Source: an uncultured SAR86 cluster bacterium
GTDB taxonomy: Bacteria > Pseudomonadota > Gammaproteobacteria > Magnimaribacterales > D2472
DNA: 64,000 nt
Assembly: GCA_964275585.1 (NCBI GenBank)
Contig: CAXYCJ010000003.1
Location: forward strand, 10,315 to 74,314
Reading direction: 5' to 3'
Under the pieces are notes generated by a model. That model was not told the origin of the DNA. It ran no database searches and saw only the letters and a program-made list of their open reading frames with translations. Positions within the stretch are counted from its first letter, which is position 1, and each line of letters starts with the position of its first letter. Positions 55,029 through 64,000 of the stretch are shown here, piece by piece. The position numbers were made by a program, and so were the translations under genes.

Positions 55029-55475
55029 CTACTCTGGTTGAACTGAAACTTCTACAGCGCAGGAAACTTCAGGATGAAACAGTAAAGTAATAGAATGCTC
55101 GCCTAATTCCTTAAGAGGACCATCGGGAAGTTGAACAACACTTTTATCAACAGATAAATCAATTGCACTAAAAGCTTCAGAGATTTCTCTTGTACCAACT
55201 GAACCATAAAGAGCACCCTCTTCTGTAACTTGCACTTTAATCTCAACTTTTGAGCCTGCAATAGAGTCTGCTAGACCCTGGGCATTTGCCATTGCATCTG
55301 CTGAAGCTGCTGCTAATTCAGATTTCTTGCTTTCCACATATTTTAAATTCTCATCTGATGCAAACATTGCTTTCTTTTTTGGGATTAAAAAATTTCTTGC
55401 ATAACCAGAACTCACTTCAGCCACATCACCAATATCACCAAGTTTTTGGATTTTATCTAAAAGTATAATTTTCAT
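55029..55475 (-). CDS. rplI: 50S ribosomal protein L9
   Basis: 148 aa. MKIILLDKIQKLGDIGDVAEVSSGYARNFLIPKKKA. Confidence 0.96.
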   Translation of the reverse strand: MKIILLDKIQKLGDIGDVAEVSSGYARNFLIPKKKAMFASDENLKYVESKKSELAAASADAMANAQGLADSIAGSKVEIKVQVTEEGALYGSVGTREISEAFSAIDLSVDKSVVQLPDGPLKELGEHSITLLFHPEVSCAVEVSVQPE

Positions 55476-55478
55476 AAT

Positions 55479-55670
55479 TTATCTATGTGAATCTGTGTAT
55501 GGAAGCAAGGCAAGAAATCTAGCTATCTTAATAGACTTTGTTAATTTTCTTTGTTCGGAGGCGCTAATGTTAGAAACTCGTGCAGGGATAATTTTTCCTG
55601 TTTCTGTGATGTACCTTTTTAAAAGGTCAATATTTTTATAATTAAAGTTCTTTTTTATATCTTGAGTCAT
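55479..55670 (-). CDS. rpsR: 30S ribosomal protein S18 (short N-terminus)
   Basis: 63 aa. [33 protein letters not shown]. Confidence 0.93.
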   Translation of the reverse strand: MTQDIKKNFNYKNIDLLKRYITETGKIIPARVSNISASEQRKLTKSIKIARFLALLPYTDSHR

Positions 55671-56122
55671 TACTCACCTTCCTGTTTTTCTTTAGCATCA
55701 TCGTCTTTGTTAGGCTCACTTGCAGTAGTAAGTACTTTTGTGATTGTCGGTTGTTTTTTAGTCATAACATCTATATCTTCTGCTGGAGCTTTCTTTGCTT
55801 CTCTTGATTCAATCATTAACATTGAATCTTCCGTTGAAATTAAATCAACTTTTAAAATCAGGTGTCTAATAACAGATGTATCGTATTTAAGCTTAGTTTC
55901 AAGTTCGAGAGCACCTTCTGCAGGGCCTTCTAGTTGATAAATGGCATAATGGCCTTTGTTGTGATCAAGGATACTATAAGCCAGTTGCCTTCTTCCAATA
56001 TTTTCTAATTTCTTAACCGTAAAACCAATGCTTGATAGGATTTTCTCAAACTTAGATTGAAAATCATCAAACTTTGAGGATGTATCTGGGTTAAGTATTA
56101 ATGTTAATTCGTAATTATTCAT
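55670..56122 (-). CDS. rpsF: 30S ribosomal protein S6 (extended C-terminal tail)
   Basis: 150 aa. [15 protein letters not shown]-like [16 protein letters not shown], followed by a charged tail. Confidence 0.93.
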   Translation of the reverse strand: MNNYELTLILNPDTSSKFDDFQSKFEKILSSIGFTVKKLENIGRRQLAYSILDHNKGHYAIYQLEGPAEGALELETKLKYDTSVIRHLILKVDLISTEDSMLMIESREAKKAPAEDIDVMTKKQPTITKVLTTASEPNKDDDAKEKQEGE

Positions 56123-56177
56123 ATTCTTCCTTATGAGTTAGTAGATTTTTTGAACATCAAAAAACCAAGGAGCGTGA

Positions 56178-56206
56178 ATTCTAAGGTAAATACATCCAGC
56201 AATCAA
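56178..56206 (-). promoter_or_regulatory. putative sigma70 promoter of the rpsF operon (TTGATT-N17-TAGAAT)
   Basis: The minus strand reads ..AATTATTGATTGCTGGATGTATTTACCTTAGAATTCACG.., and the -35 overlaps the ftsA stop codon. An AAGGAAG Shine-Dalgarno precedes the rpsF ATG. Confidence 0.4.
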
Positions 56207-57432
56207 TAATTATTTTTTAAGAATCCAAAGGCTTTATCAAAAAAAGTTTTATTATTTTCTAAAGCGTATCCTTGTTTCATTTGATCAAAGCCGAATCCAA
56301 CTAAGCCTAATGAAGTAGCATATATTGGATTTTTAAGGACCGATTCCATTCCATTAAATTTTTCTGGTATTCCTAATCTCACACTTGTTTGGAATATAGA
56401 TTCAGCCAAAGCAACAGCTCCCTCCATTTTTGAAGTGCCACCTGTCAGAACAATCCCAGCAGGAATTTTGCTTTCAAAACCATTGCGTTTTATTTCTGCC
56501 TTGACCAGATCGAATAATTCAACATACCTAGGCTCAATAATTTCAGCCAACGCTCTTCTTGATAACTCTTCAGGAGGTCTTCCGCCTACCCTGATAACTT
56601 CTAAAGTTTCTCCGTCTTGAGTTAATTCCGCTGCAGCACATCCATGCTTTTGTTTAATATCTTCAGCTTGTGCTGTTGGAGTACGAACAAGCGCCGCTAT
56701 ATCACTGGTAACTTGATCCCCAGCAATTGGTATAACTCCAGTAAATGATATAGAGCCCGATTTAAAGATTGCAATATCTGTGGTGCCCCCACCAATATCT
56801 ACCAAACACACTCCCAATTCCTTTTCATCCTCTGAGAGAACAGAGTAAGAACTTGCCAGCTGCTCTAAGACAAAACCATCTACACCAATTCCACATCGTT
56901 TAACGCATTTCTCAATATTTTGTATTGCATTGTTTGCGCAGGTTACTAAGTGCACATGAGACTCTAGTCGAACTCCTGACATACCCAATGGATCTCTAAT
57001 AGAGTCTTGATCATCAATAACATATTCTTGAGGCAAGACATGAAGAACTCTTTGATCAGAAGGTATTGCTACAGCCTGAGCTGCCTCAATAACTCGGTCA
57101 ATATCTCCTGGGGTTACTTCTTTGTCTTTTATTCCAACAATTCCATGAGAGTTTAAACTGCGAATATGATTGCCAGCAATTCCCACAAAAACATTTTTAA
57201 TTTTACCTTCAAAAGATGCTTGAGCCTGATCAATGGATTTTTGAATTGCATCAGTAGTAGCATCAATATTAACAACAACACCTTTTTTTAATCCGCTTGA
57301 AGGATATGATCCCATTGAAATCACTTCTATAGAATGTTGGTCAATGTATTTTCCAATAATACAAACTACCTTAGATGTACCAATATCTAACGCAACAATA
57401 TAGTCAGAATCTTTTGTTCCATTATTTGCCAT
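56203..57432 (-). CDS. ftsA: cell division protein FtsA
   Basis: 409 aa. YIVALDIGTSKV and VDIGGGTTDIA actin-fold phosphate motifs, plus a C-terminal amphipathic helix FFDKAFGFLKNNY. Confidence 0.96.
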   Translation of the reverse strand: MANNGTKDSDYIVALDIGTSKVVCIIGKYIDQHSIEVISMGSYPSSGLKKGVVVNIDATTDAIQKSIDQAQASFEGKIKNVFVGIAGNHIRSLNSHGIVGIKDKEVTPGDIDRVIEAAQAVAIPSDQRVLHVLPQEYVIDDQDSIRDPLGMSGVRLESHVHLVTCANNAIQNIEKCVKRCGIGVDGFVLEQLASSYSVLSEDEKELGVCLVDIGGGTTDIAIFKSGSISFTGVIPIAGDQVTSDIAALVRTPTAQAEDIKQKHGCAAAELTQDGETLEVIRVGGRPPEELSRRALAEIIEPRYVELFDLVKAEIKRNGFESKIPAGIVLTGGTSKMEGAVALAESIFQTSVRLGIPEKFNGMESVLKNPIYATSLGLVGFGFDQMKQGYALENNKTFFDKAFGFLKNNY

Positions 57433-58078
57433 AATTCAATGCTGCTCCATCTTTATATCTTAAATCAATAATACTCGGTGTTAGGTTATTTTCTAACAAA
57501 TATTTAAGTGTTAAGGAGAGTCTTTGATATATATCTGAAGAAAGTTGATCGCCCAAATTAATGCGTAAATTATTATTCATAAAAATAAACCAGCCTTCAG
57601 CTGGGTTGAAGTTTATTGATTTGATATTAAAATTTGCAGTCTCAAAAAGAATTAAAAATTTATCCTCTGTATTACTCCATGTCTTTGTATATTCAATAGG
57701 CATAATAAGCTTGATAAGCTCAGGGTGACCTCCATCATATAAAAATTTAGACAGCTCCTTATCTAAATAAAATTTATCGTTCCAAATATATTTTGGTTCC
57801 TTGCTCATGATAAAAATTTCAAGAGGAGCAAATGCATTTCTTTTAATTAAAAATGTATCAATCCAATTCTGTTGATTTAAATACTTAGATAGTTGCGAAG
57901 CAGGTAGATAATTATCAATAGCATGGATCAGCTCTGTTTCTTTCTGAAGAGCAGGTATAGTTTCAAAGGAAATAATGACCCTTTGGTTTGTGTTATTGCT
58001 GCAGCCTAGAGTAACCAATAAGAAGATCAAAGGGTGGATGAAATTCTGTTTAATTGCCATTGATAATTTCTTGTACAA
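57422..58078 (-). CDS. ftsQ: cell division protein FtsQ (short)
   Basis: 218 aa. N-terminal TM followed by a POTRA-like region. Position between ddl and ftsA; sequence similarity is weak by eye. Confidence 0.7.
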   Translation of the reverse strand: MYKKLSMAIKQNFIHPLIFLLVTLGCSNNTNQRVIISFETIPALQKETELIHAIDNYLPASQLSKYLNQQNWIDTFLIKRNAFAPLEIFIMSKEPKYIWNDKFYLDKELSKFLYDGGHPELIKLIMPIEYTKTWSNTEDKFLILFETANFNIKSINFNPAEGWFIFMNNNLRINLGDQLSSDIYQRLSLTLKYLLENNLTPSIIDLRYKDGAALNYGK

Positions 58079-58964
58079 GGGATTTATAGTCTAAGCCAGC
58101 TATTGCTGCCGATTTTGGAAATAGGCTATGAGAAGTCATTCCAGGAACTGTATTAACTTCCATGATATAAAATAAACCTTGGCTATCCTGCAAAAGATCA
58201 ATACGAGCCCAGCCTGTGCACTCTAAAATATCAAATGTTTGGATGCATAAAGATTCTAAACTTTTCCTGTCATCTTGAGAGAGTGCTGTCTCAATAAACT
58301 GAGTATCTGTGTTGATATATTTAGCTTCATAATTATAAAAAGTTTCAGTTGTAAGTATCTCAACTGGTGGCAGGCATTTCCCATTAAGAACAGGGACCGT
58401 AAGTTCTTTGTGATCAATGCATTCTTCAAAAATGAATGGTCTATTTCTATCCTTGCAATCGTGAATTGCATTCTGCAAATCCAAGTTATTTGATATCTTA
58501 AATACATCAATACTGGAGCCATCTTCCTGGGGTTTTAAAAATAAGTTATCAAAAGGCCTAAATCTATTAAATGGAGAAATATCCAAGTCTGGCATGATCT
58601 CAGATAAACCACTGATTGCAAGCCATTGTGGTGTCAGGATATTATGTTTTTTTAGGAACTCCTTGCACCTATTTTTATTCCAAGTGTTTTCACAACCGTT
58701 GGCACTACTTCCTGAAAAAAGAATGTCTTGTCCCTGTAGAAGGTTTTGTAAAGCTCCAGATTCTCCGTCTTCACCATGCAGTGCAATAAATATATAATCA
58801 TGATCCTTGATGGTCTCTTGTGAGAATTCTTTAGGGTAATCAATAAGACTTGCTTCGTATCCAAGAAGAAGAATCGCTTCAAAAATACTTCTTCCACTTT
58901 CTAATGAAACCTCTCTCTCAGAGGAATTGCCTCCGTATAAAACTGCTATTTTTTTAATTTCCAC
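58050..58964 (-). CDS. ddl: D-alanine--D-alanine ligase
   Basis: 304 aa. IAVLYGGNSSEREVSL, FIALHGEDGESGALQ and EVNTVPGMTSHSLFP. Confidence 0.95.
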   Translation of the reverse strand: MEIKKIAVLYGGNSSEREVSLESGRSIFEAILLLGYEASLIDYPKEFSQETIKDHDYIFIALHGEDGESGALQNLLQGQDILFSGSSANGCENTWNKNRCKEFLKKHNILTPQWLAISGLSEIMPDLDISPFNRFRPFDNLFLKPQEDGSSIDVFKISNNLDLQNAIHDCKDRNRPFIFEECIDHKELTVPVLNGKCLPPVEILTTETFYNYEAKYINTDTQFIETALSQDDRKSLESLCIQTFDILECTGWARIDLLQDSQGLFYIMEVNTVPGMTSHSLFPKSAAIAGLDYKSLVQEIINGN

Positions 58965-60346
58965 TGCTCTTTAATTGCTTGATTTAATTTTGAAATAGTT
59001 CCAGCTCCTTGGGTAATCAGGATATCGAATTCTGTGGCATTTTTATAAATCCAATCAGTAACGTTGTTATTTAAAATATATGAAGCATGTCCATTATTTT
59101 TATTTATTTGAGCTACTAATTTTTTAGAAGAAATTCCAGGTATTGCTTTTTCGCTAGCGGGGTATATATCAAGAACGAGCAGCGAGTCTAACTTAGACAA
59201 AACTTTTACGAAATCATTAAAAAGTTGTTTTGTTCTTGAGAAACGATGCGGTTCAAAGATCATGCAAAGTTTTTTCTTTGGAAATTTTTCTTTAGTAGCT
59301 AGCAAGGTAGCTAAAATTTCCGATGGATGATGACCATAATCATCGATCATTGTTATGAAAGTGCTGCCAATGCAAAGTCTTTCAATCTCAAATCTTCTTC
59401 CAACTCCTTTAAACTCTTTAATGCCTTTTTTTATACTTGGAATTGATATTTTTTCTTCTAATGCCACACAAATTCCCGCGACAAGGTTTAAAAGATTATG
59501 TCTACCACTAAGCACTGAAGTGAATTTATAAAGTTTTTTTAGATGGCTATCAAATAATTGAAATTTTTGAGATCCATTTATTAACTCTACATGGATTATT
59601 TGAAATCTATTTCTTTCTGAGAACCCAAAGCTAATTTGCTTTCTATGAATGGATTTAGCAATTTTTCGAATATTTAGATCGTCTAAATTAAGAAAGATAT
59701 GGCCATAAAAAGGTAAGTTTTCTGAGAAGCTGATGAAAGATTGATTTAATTTTTCTTGGCTGGATTCATAAAAATCTAAATGGTCATTATCAATATTTGT
59801 TATTACCGCTACCTCTGGCTGAAGATGTAAAAATGAACCATCACTTTCATCGGCCTCTACTATCATATAGTTTCCCTCTCCTAAATTTGAGCTCCTTCCA
59901 ATGCTAAGAACCTGTCCTCCAACAACATATGTTGGGCTAAGCTTCGCTGAATTAAATATACTGGCAATGATACTTGTGGTAGAGGTTTTACCGTGGCTAC
60001 CAGCTACTGCAATGCTCCGATATGGTTTCATTAGAGTTCCTAGCATTTCTGCCCGCGGAATAATTGTAATATTTGATTTTTTAGCAAAAACTAATTCTTT
60101 ATTTCTTTGCGCTATTGCAGAGGAAGCAACAACAAGATCAGCTTTTTTAATAAGCCTGGGTTCGTGGCCAATTTGTACCTTTGCGCCTAGCTGTTTTAAC
60201 TCTTTGACTTCATCGGTTAAAAAAAGGTCTGAGCCAGAAATATTGAAACCTCGCTTTTGTAAAATAGTTGCTACTCCTATCATCCCAGAGCCGCCAATTC
60301 CAATCATGTGAATATGTTTAAATTTTTGAAAACCCAATGATCTCAT
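58946..60346 (-). CDS. murC: UDP-N-acetylmuramate--L-alanine ligase
   Basis: 466 aa. HMIGIGGSGMIGVA, the AVAGSHGKTSTTS P-loop and DDYGHHPSE. Confidence 0.95.
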   Translation of the reverse strand: MRSLGFQKFKHIHMIGIGGSGMIGVATILQKRGFNISGSDLFLTDEVKELKQLGAKVQIGHEPRLIKKADLVVASSAIAQRNKELVFAKKSNITIIPRAEMLGTLMKPYRSIAVAGSHGKTSTTSIIASIFNSAKLSPTYVVGGQVLSIGRSSNLGEGNYMIVEADESDGSFLHLQPEVAVITNIDNDHLDFYESSQEKLNQSFISFSENLPFYGHIFLNLDDLNIRKIAKSIHRKQISFGFSERNRFQIIHVELINGSQKFQLFDSHLKKLYKFTSVLSGRHNLLNLVAGICVALEEKISIPSIKKGIKEFKGVGRRFEIERLCIGSTFITMIDDYGHHPSEILATLLATKEKFPKKKLCMIFEPHRFSRTKQLFNDFVKVLSKLDSLLVLDIYPASEKAIPGISSKKLVAQINKNNGHASYILNNNVTDWIYKNATEFDILITQGAGTISKLNQAIKEQWKLKK

Positions 60347-60353
60347 TGCTAAA

Positions 60354-61394
60354 TTATATAATTTTTAAGATTGAACTTAACATCCTTTTAGAGGCTTGCA
60401 AATGATCTATTTTGCTTACAGGATTCTGCCAATTTAAGTATAATTTTTTATTATAAATTTTTTGTAATCTGTTGCTCAAAAGATTAAGTGATTCATGCTC
60501 CTCATGAATTAATCCTTTTTTTAAATTAGAAATTTCTTGGGCATTAAGTAGTTGATGATTATCAATTGAGGATGGCAGAGGGATCATAAGACAACCTCTT
60601 CCCAGGCTTGAGACTTCTGATAGCGTTAATGCTCCGGCTCTACAAATTACAAAATCAGACCATCTGATTATTTCTTGAGGTGATTGATAGAATTCAGCGA
60701 CCTCAACGGTAATTTTGGAAGAATATAAATCTTTAACTCCCTCAGACTTATTGACTCCAGACTGGTGTTTGATATTTAAGGATGCATCTAAAGAGTTGAT
60801 CGCAATAGGAATATTGTTATTTATAAATTCTGAGCCTTGACTCCCTCCAGTTACATATATTTTTATTGTCTCTGATGTTGCCCTATTGAAATCTTGATTA
60901 GTATCAAAAGCTCTAATTGGGTTTCCAACTATCTGCATATTCTTTTTTTTACCTTGATGTAAAGGAAAGCCTAAGAAAACAATTTTAGCAAATCTAGTCA
61001 ATAACTTATTCGATGTTCCAAGTACAGAATTTTGCTCATGAAGAATTAAATATTTACGACAAATAATCGCTGCTATACCAACTGGAAGTGAAACATACCC
61101 CCCAAAACAAACTACGAAATTTATTCTATGATGAAATATATAAAATATTGTTTTAATTGTAGATATTACCAATCTGATAATAGATTTAATTTGATCTAAG
61201 AAACCTTTTCCTCGAAATCCGCTCATGGGTACAGTCAATAACTGGATGTCATGCTCAGGAACTATCTTGGACTCAAAACCTTTTGTTGTACCCACCCAAA
61301 TAACCTCATGCTTTTGATTGATACATTCTCTAGCAAACTCTAAGGCAGGAAAGACATGCCCTCCAGTCCCAGCAGCTGTTATCAAAAATTTCAT
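60354..61394 (-). CDS. murG: undecaprenyldiphospho-muramoylpentapeptide beta-N-acetylglucosaminyltransferase
   Basis: 346 aa. AAGTGGHVFPAL, and GGSQGS in place of the usual GGSLGA. Confidence 0.93.
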   Translation of the reverse strand: MKFLITAAGTGGHVFPALEFARECINQKHEVIWVGTTKGFESKIVPEHDIQLLTVPMSGFRGKGFLDQIKSIIRLVISTIKTIFYIFHHRINFVVCFGGYVSLPVGIAAIICRKYLILHEQNSVLGTSNKLLTRFAKIVFLGFPLHQGKKKNMQIVGNPIRAFDTNQDFNRATSETIKIYVTGGSQGSEFINNNIPIAINSLDASLNIKHQSGVNKSEGVKDLYSSKITVEVAEFYQSPQEIIRWSDFVICRAGALTLSEVSSLGRGCLMIPLPSSIDNHQLLNAQEISNLKKGLIHEEHESLNLLSNRLQKIYNKKLYLNWQNPVSKIDHLQASKRMLSSILKII

Positions 61395-62500
61395 TATTTT
61401 AGAACCTTGTTTTCAAAATTAATTCTTAAAACCATTCCTATCATAAACATAAATAAAACAAGACTAGTGCCTCCATAGCTAATAAAGGGCAAGGTCAACC
61501 CTTTGGTTGGTAACATACCTAGATTAACGCCAATATTAAATAGGGCTTGTACAGCAATCAGAGTTCCGGCTCCAAAAGCTACAAGACCTTGAAATAATCG
61601 TCCAAGCTCTATTGCCTTGATTGAGGTAGTAACTATCCCAAAGATTAAAGCAATAAAAAGAAAGATAACAATAAGACTTCCGGCAACTCCAAATTCTTCT
61701 ACTAATACAGCAAAAATAAAATCTGTATGAGGTTCAGGGAGATATAAGTTTTTTTGCATTCCATTTCCAAGTCCCACACCAAACCATTCTCCTCGACCTA
61801 TTCCAAGCAACGCATTGCCTAGCTGCCAGCCTGCTTCAGTAAAATCTGCAAATGGATCTCTAAAAGAGATTAATCTTGCATACCTAAAAGGAGTCAGAAA
61901 TACTGCAGAAGTTGCAAGAGCCCCCATCAAAGAAATCAATAAAAAAAATTGTGGGAATGAAATACCTGCAAAGAATAATATAGCAATTACAAGCATACCA
62001 ATTACTAGAGTGGATCCTAGATCTGGTTGATTCATAATCAGAAAACCAAATATGGCTAAAACAATTAAAGGTCTAAAGAATCCTAGTGTAGTGTTAATTT
62101 CGCCGAGTCTTCTGACGCAATACCCTGAGATATAAATTAGCAAAGCTAGTTTGCTTACCTCAGATGGTTGAACGTTTATAGACCCAAATCTAATCCATCT
62201 AATGCTTCCATTTACCTCTGTCCCAATCCCTGGAATAAACAATGCTATTAGCAATATTAATGAGGATAACAAAAAGAACCAATCATTATTATAAAATAAA
62301 TTTGAAGGGATGCTTAAAGCAATCATAGTTGCAAATACACCAATAATTAGAAAAATTATCTGCCTAGTCGCAAAATGAAATGGATTGCCATACATTTCTT
62401 CTGAAACATAAACACTTGAAGACGCTACCATCACTACGCCCACAAATAGTAGACAGATAAATGGCAAAATAATAAAAATATTATCTCTATCAATTGCCAT
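61394..62500 (-). CDS. ftsW: peptidoglycan glycosyltransferase FtsW (SEDS family)
   Basis: 368 aa, about 10 TM. QPSEVSKLAL, PEPHTDFIFAV and LPFISYGGTS. Confidence 0.93.
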   Translation of the reverse strand: MAIDRDNIFIILPFICLLFVGVVMVASSSVYVSEEMYGNPFHFATRQIIFLIIGVFATMIALSIPSNLFYNNDWFFLLSSLILLIALFIPGIGTEVNGSIRWIRFGSINVQPSEVSKLALLIYISGYCVRRLGEINTTLGFFRPLIVLAIFGFLIMNQPDLGSTLVIGMLVIAILFFAGISFPQFFLLISLMGALATSAVFLTPFRYARLISFRDPFADFTEAGWQLGNALLGIGRGEWFGVGLGNGMQKNLYLPEPHTDFIFAVLVEEFGVAGSLIVIFLFIALIFGIVTTSIKAIELGRLFQGLVAFGAGTLIAVQALFNIGVNLGMLPTKGLTLPFISYGGTSLVLFMFMIGMVLRINFENKVLK

Positions 62501-63545
62501 ATATCTCCTGAACTAATTCTTTAAAGTGATCTCCGCGTTCCTCAAAATTTTTATAATCATTTCCGCTTGGGTGACCTGGTGAAAAAAGAATGCTCGCGGT
62601 GGAATTTTCCATTTTAATTGCATACATTGTAGAAGTCAGGCCTTGATTATGAAATAGTATTTTTTTTGGATGAGATACTTTTTTATATATTTCTCTTGCG
62701 TGGCGTCCAAAAATAAATACCTTCTTAGGGCCAATGATTTTATACTTTTGATATTGTTCTTTGTTGGGATCTCCACACAGAATCAGGAAGTAAGAGTGAG
62801 TCATCTTATCTAATGCAAATTCTAAAGCAGCTAAATTAGTTGCCTTTGAATCGTTAATGACAAAAATTTTTCGTTCATAAACAAGCTCAAATCTATGCTG
62901 TAGGTCTTTAAGTTGAATATCTTTTAAGTCTCTATAATGCATACCCGTGACCATTGACCATAGTTTCTTTGGGTCTGATTCTTCTGTTGAGACTTTAGAT
63001 TCTTTAATTCTATTTTTGACTCTTGCGTACTCATTAAAACTTACATGATGATCAATGTGATCTGGTGAAATGTTTAAAAGAACCCCTAAATCCAATTTTA
63101 TTTCTTGAACCTTTTCAAGCTGGAAACTAGAAAGTTCAATAATGGAATATGCGCAAGAGTTAATATTGTCTAAAACTGGGTTGCCGATATTGCCAACTAA
63201 CTGAGAGTCCTCAAGGAGTTGATGTAAATGATAGCAACAAGTGCTTTTTCCATTTGTGCCAGTAATTCCTATCTTATAGGAATGATCTTCTTGAAAAAAA
63301 ATATCTATATCAGTTAAATAGGATATTTGATCAAACTCTCCATTTTGATAAATCTTTTTAAGATTAATTCCTGGGCTTAAGTAAATCATCTCATAAGATT
63401 TTAATTTTTCTCTATCAGGTAATTTAGATGAGACATTGGAATGAGTCTTTTCTTCATCATAGATATCGAAATCTATGCCTTTTTTAATTAGATATCTTTC
63501 AAAGGATTGACCTGTGATTCCATAGCCAAATATTAAAGACCTCAT
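62490..63545 (-). CDS. murD: UDP-N-acetylmuramoylalanine--D-glutamate ligase (unusually short)
   Basis: 351 aa. GITGTNGKST P-loop, ELSSFQLE, NISPDHIDHH, HRFELV..INDSKATN and NFEERG. Lies in the mraY-murD-ftsW slot. Confidence 0.85.
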   Translation of the reverse strand: MRSLIFGYGITGQSFERYLIKKGIDFDIYDEEKTHSNVSSKLPDREKLKSYEMIYLSPGINLKKIYQNGEFDQISYLTDIDIFFQEDHSYKIGITGTNGKSTCCYHLHQLLEDSQLVGNIGNPVLDNINSCAYSIIELSSFQLEKVQEIKLDLGVLLNISPDHIDHHVSFNEYARVKNRIKESKVSTEESDPKKLWSMVTGMHYRDLKDIQLKDLQHRFELVYERKIFVINDSKATNLAALEFALDKMTHSYFLILCGDPNKEQYQKYKIIGPKKVFIFGRHAREIYKKVSHPKKILFHNQGLTSTMYAIKMENSTASILFSPGHPSGNDYKNFEERGDHFKELVQEIYGN

Positions 63546-63554
63546 TTAATTATT

Positions 63555-64000
63555 TTATCTAAGTTTTAGTGTTGCCAGTGCAAAGAGAACAAGCACAAAA
63601 GTAATAATCCAAAAACGGACAATTACTTTTGGTTCAGCCCAACCTTTAAGCTCAAAATGATGGTGAATAGGAGCCATTAAAAATACTCTTTTACCTCTTA
63701 GTTTAAATGAGCTTACTTGGATAATAACGCTCAGGGTTTCCATAACAAACACTCCTGCCATAATTGCAAAAACTATTTCATGTCTAACTAAAACAGCCAA
63801 GGTTCCAAGAATGCCTCCTAAGGTTAGAGAACCTAGGTCACCCATAAAAATTTGAGCTGGGTAGGTGTTGTACCAAAGAAACCCAATTCCGGCTCCTATA
63901 AGTGCTCCACAAAATACAATCAATTCACCTGTTAGAGGGTGAAAAGGAATAAATAAGTAATTAGCTATGATCTGGTTACCCATTGCATACGCAATAAGCC
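63555..64000 (-). CDS. mraY: phospho-N-acetylmuramoyl-pentapeptide transferase, C-terminal part (5' end outside window)
   Basis: [24 protein letters not shown] and a terminal TM. The reading frame continues to the window edge. Confidence 0.93.
   Translation of the reverse strand, partial: LIAYAMGNQIIANYLFIPFHPLTGELIVFCGALIGAGIGFLWYNTYPAQIFMGDLGSLTLGGILGTLAVLVRHEIVFAIMAGVFVMETLSVIIQVSSFKLRGKRVFLMAPIHHHFELKGWAEPKVIVRFWIITFVLVLFALATLKLR

Noticed and set aside
55479-56122. Absence of priB between rpsF and rpsR, and the short (63-aa) S18.
   Set aside because: An rpsF-rpsR-rplI operon without priB is normal outside the Enterobacteria-like lineages. The S18 truncation affects only the flexible basic N-terminus. 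Neither needs special explanation beyond streamlining.
57950-58078. Lipobox-like LVTLGC sequence in the FtsQ N-terminus, suggesting a lipoprotein FtsQ.
   Set aside because: The residues at -3 and -2 (T, L) do not fit the L-[AS]-[GA]-C lipobox. The hydrophobic stretch is better read as the usual FtsQ membrane anchor.

Overview
This is an AT-rich, very gene-dense chromosomal segment. Hand counts on several 60-nt lines gave about 32-38% G+C, and most intergenic gaps are 0-60 nt with many genes overlapping. Gene content and order match a genome-streamlined Gammaproteobacterium; a marine free-living lineage is my guess only. The window is a chain of conserved core synteny blocks. In window order: a partial LbH acyltransferase, then a MATE pump. 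Next, listed in transcription order on the minus strand, come sdhCDAB-sucAB-lpd-sucCD. The remaining blocks are listed in window order: der-bamB-yfgM-hisS-ispG-rodZ-rlmN-ndk-iscX-fdx-iscAUSR; purC-bamC-dapA; bcp, perM, bepA; a TLC-like transporter; tRNA-Lys; cpoB-pal-tolBARQ-ybgC; yebC-aspS; proS; a thiolase; recA; fdxA; nlpD-pcm-surE-ispDF-ftsB-eno-kdsA-pyrG; alr-dnaB-rplI-rpsR-rpsF; and ftsA-ftsQ-ddl-murC-murG-ftsW-murD-mraY. I see one tRNA and no rRNA, CRISPR array, transposase, integrase, phage genes or obvious defence island. I could not identify a new multi-gene system. The most unusual item is a small Hjc-type PD-(D/E)XK nuclease sitting where ruvC-ruvA-ruvB normally lie. Other points worth a second look:
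- Two independent +1 frameshifts confined to the sdh operon (sdhA and sdhC).
- A diverged 54-bp in-frame tandem duplication inside a transporter gene.
- Canonical neighbours missing from their usual slots: hscBA, ftsZ-lpxC, rpoS/mutS/recX, truD.
- A ProRS with its INS editing domain cleanly excised, and a shortened MurD.
- An orphan diiron-carboxylate protein coupled to alr.
- Operator/promoter arrangements squeezed against start codons: an IscR box with an apparently leaderless iscR, and a LexA box abutting the recA Shine-Dalgarno.
All functional calls rest on motifs I recognise in the translations plus synteny. No database search was run, and comparisons with E. coli or Pseudomonas sequences and gene orders are from memory.
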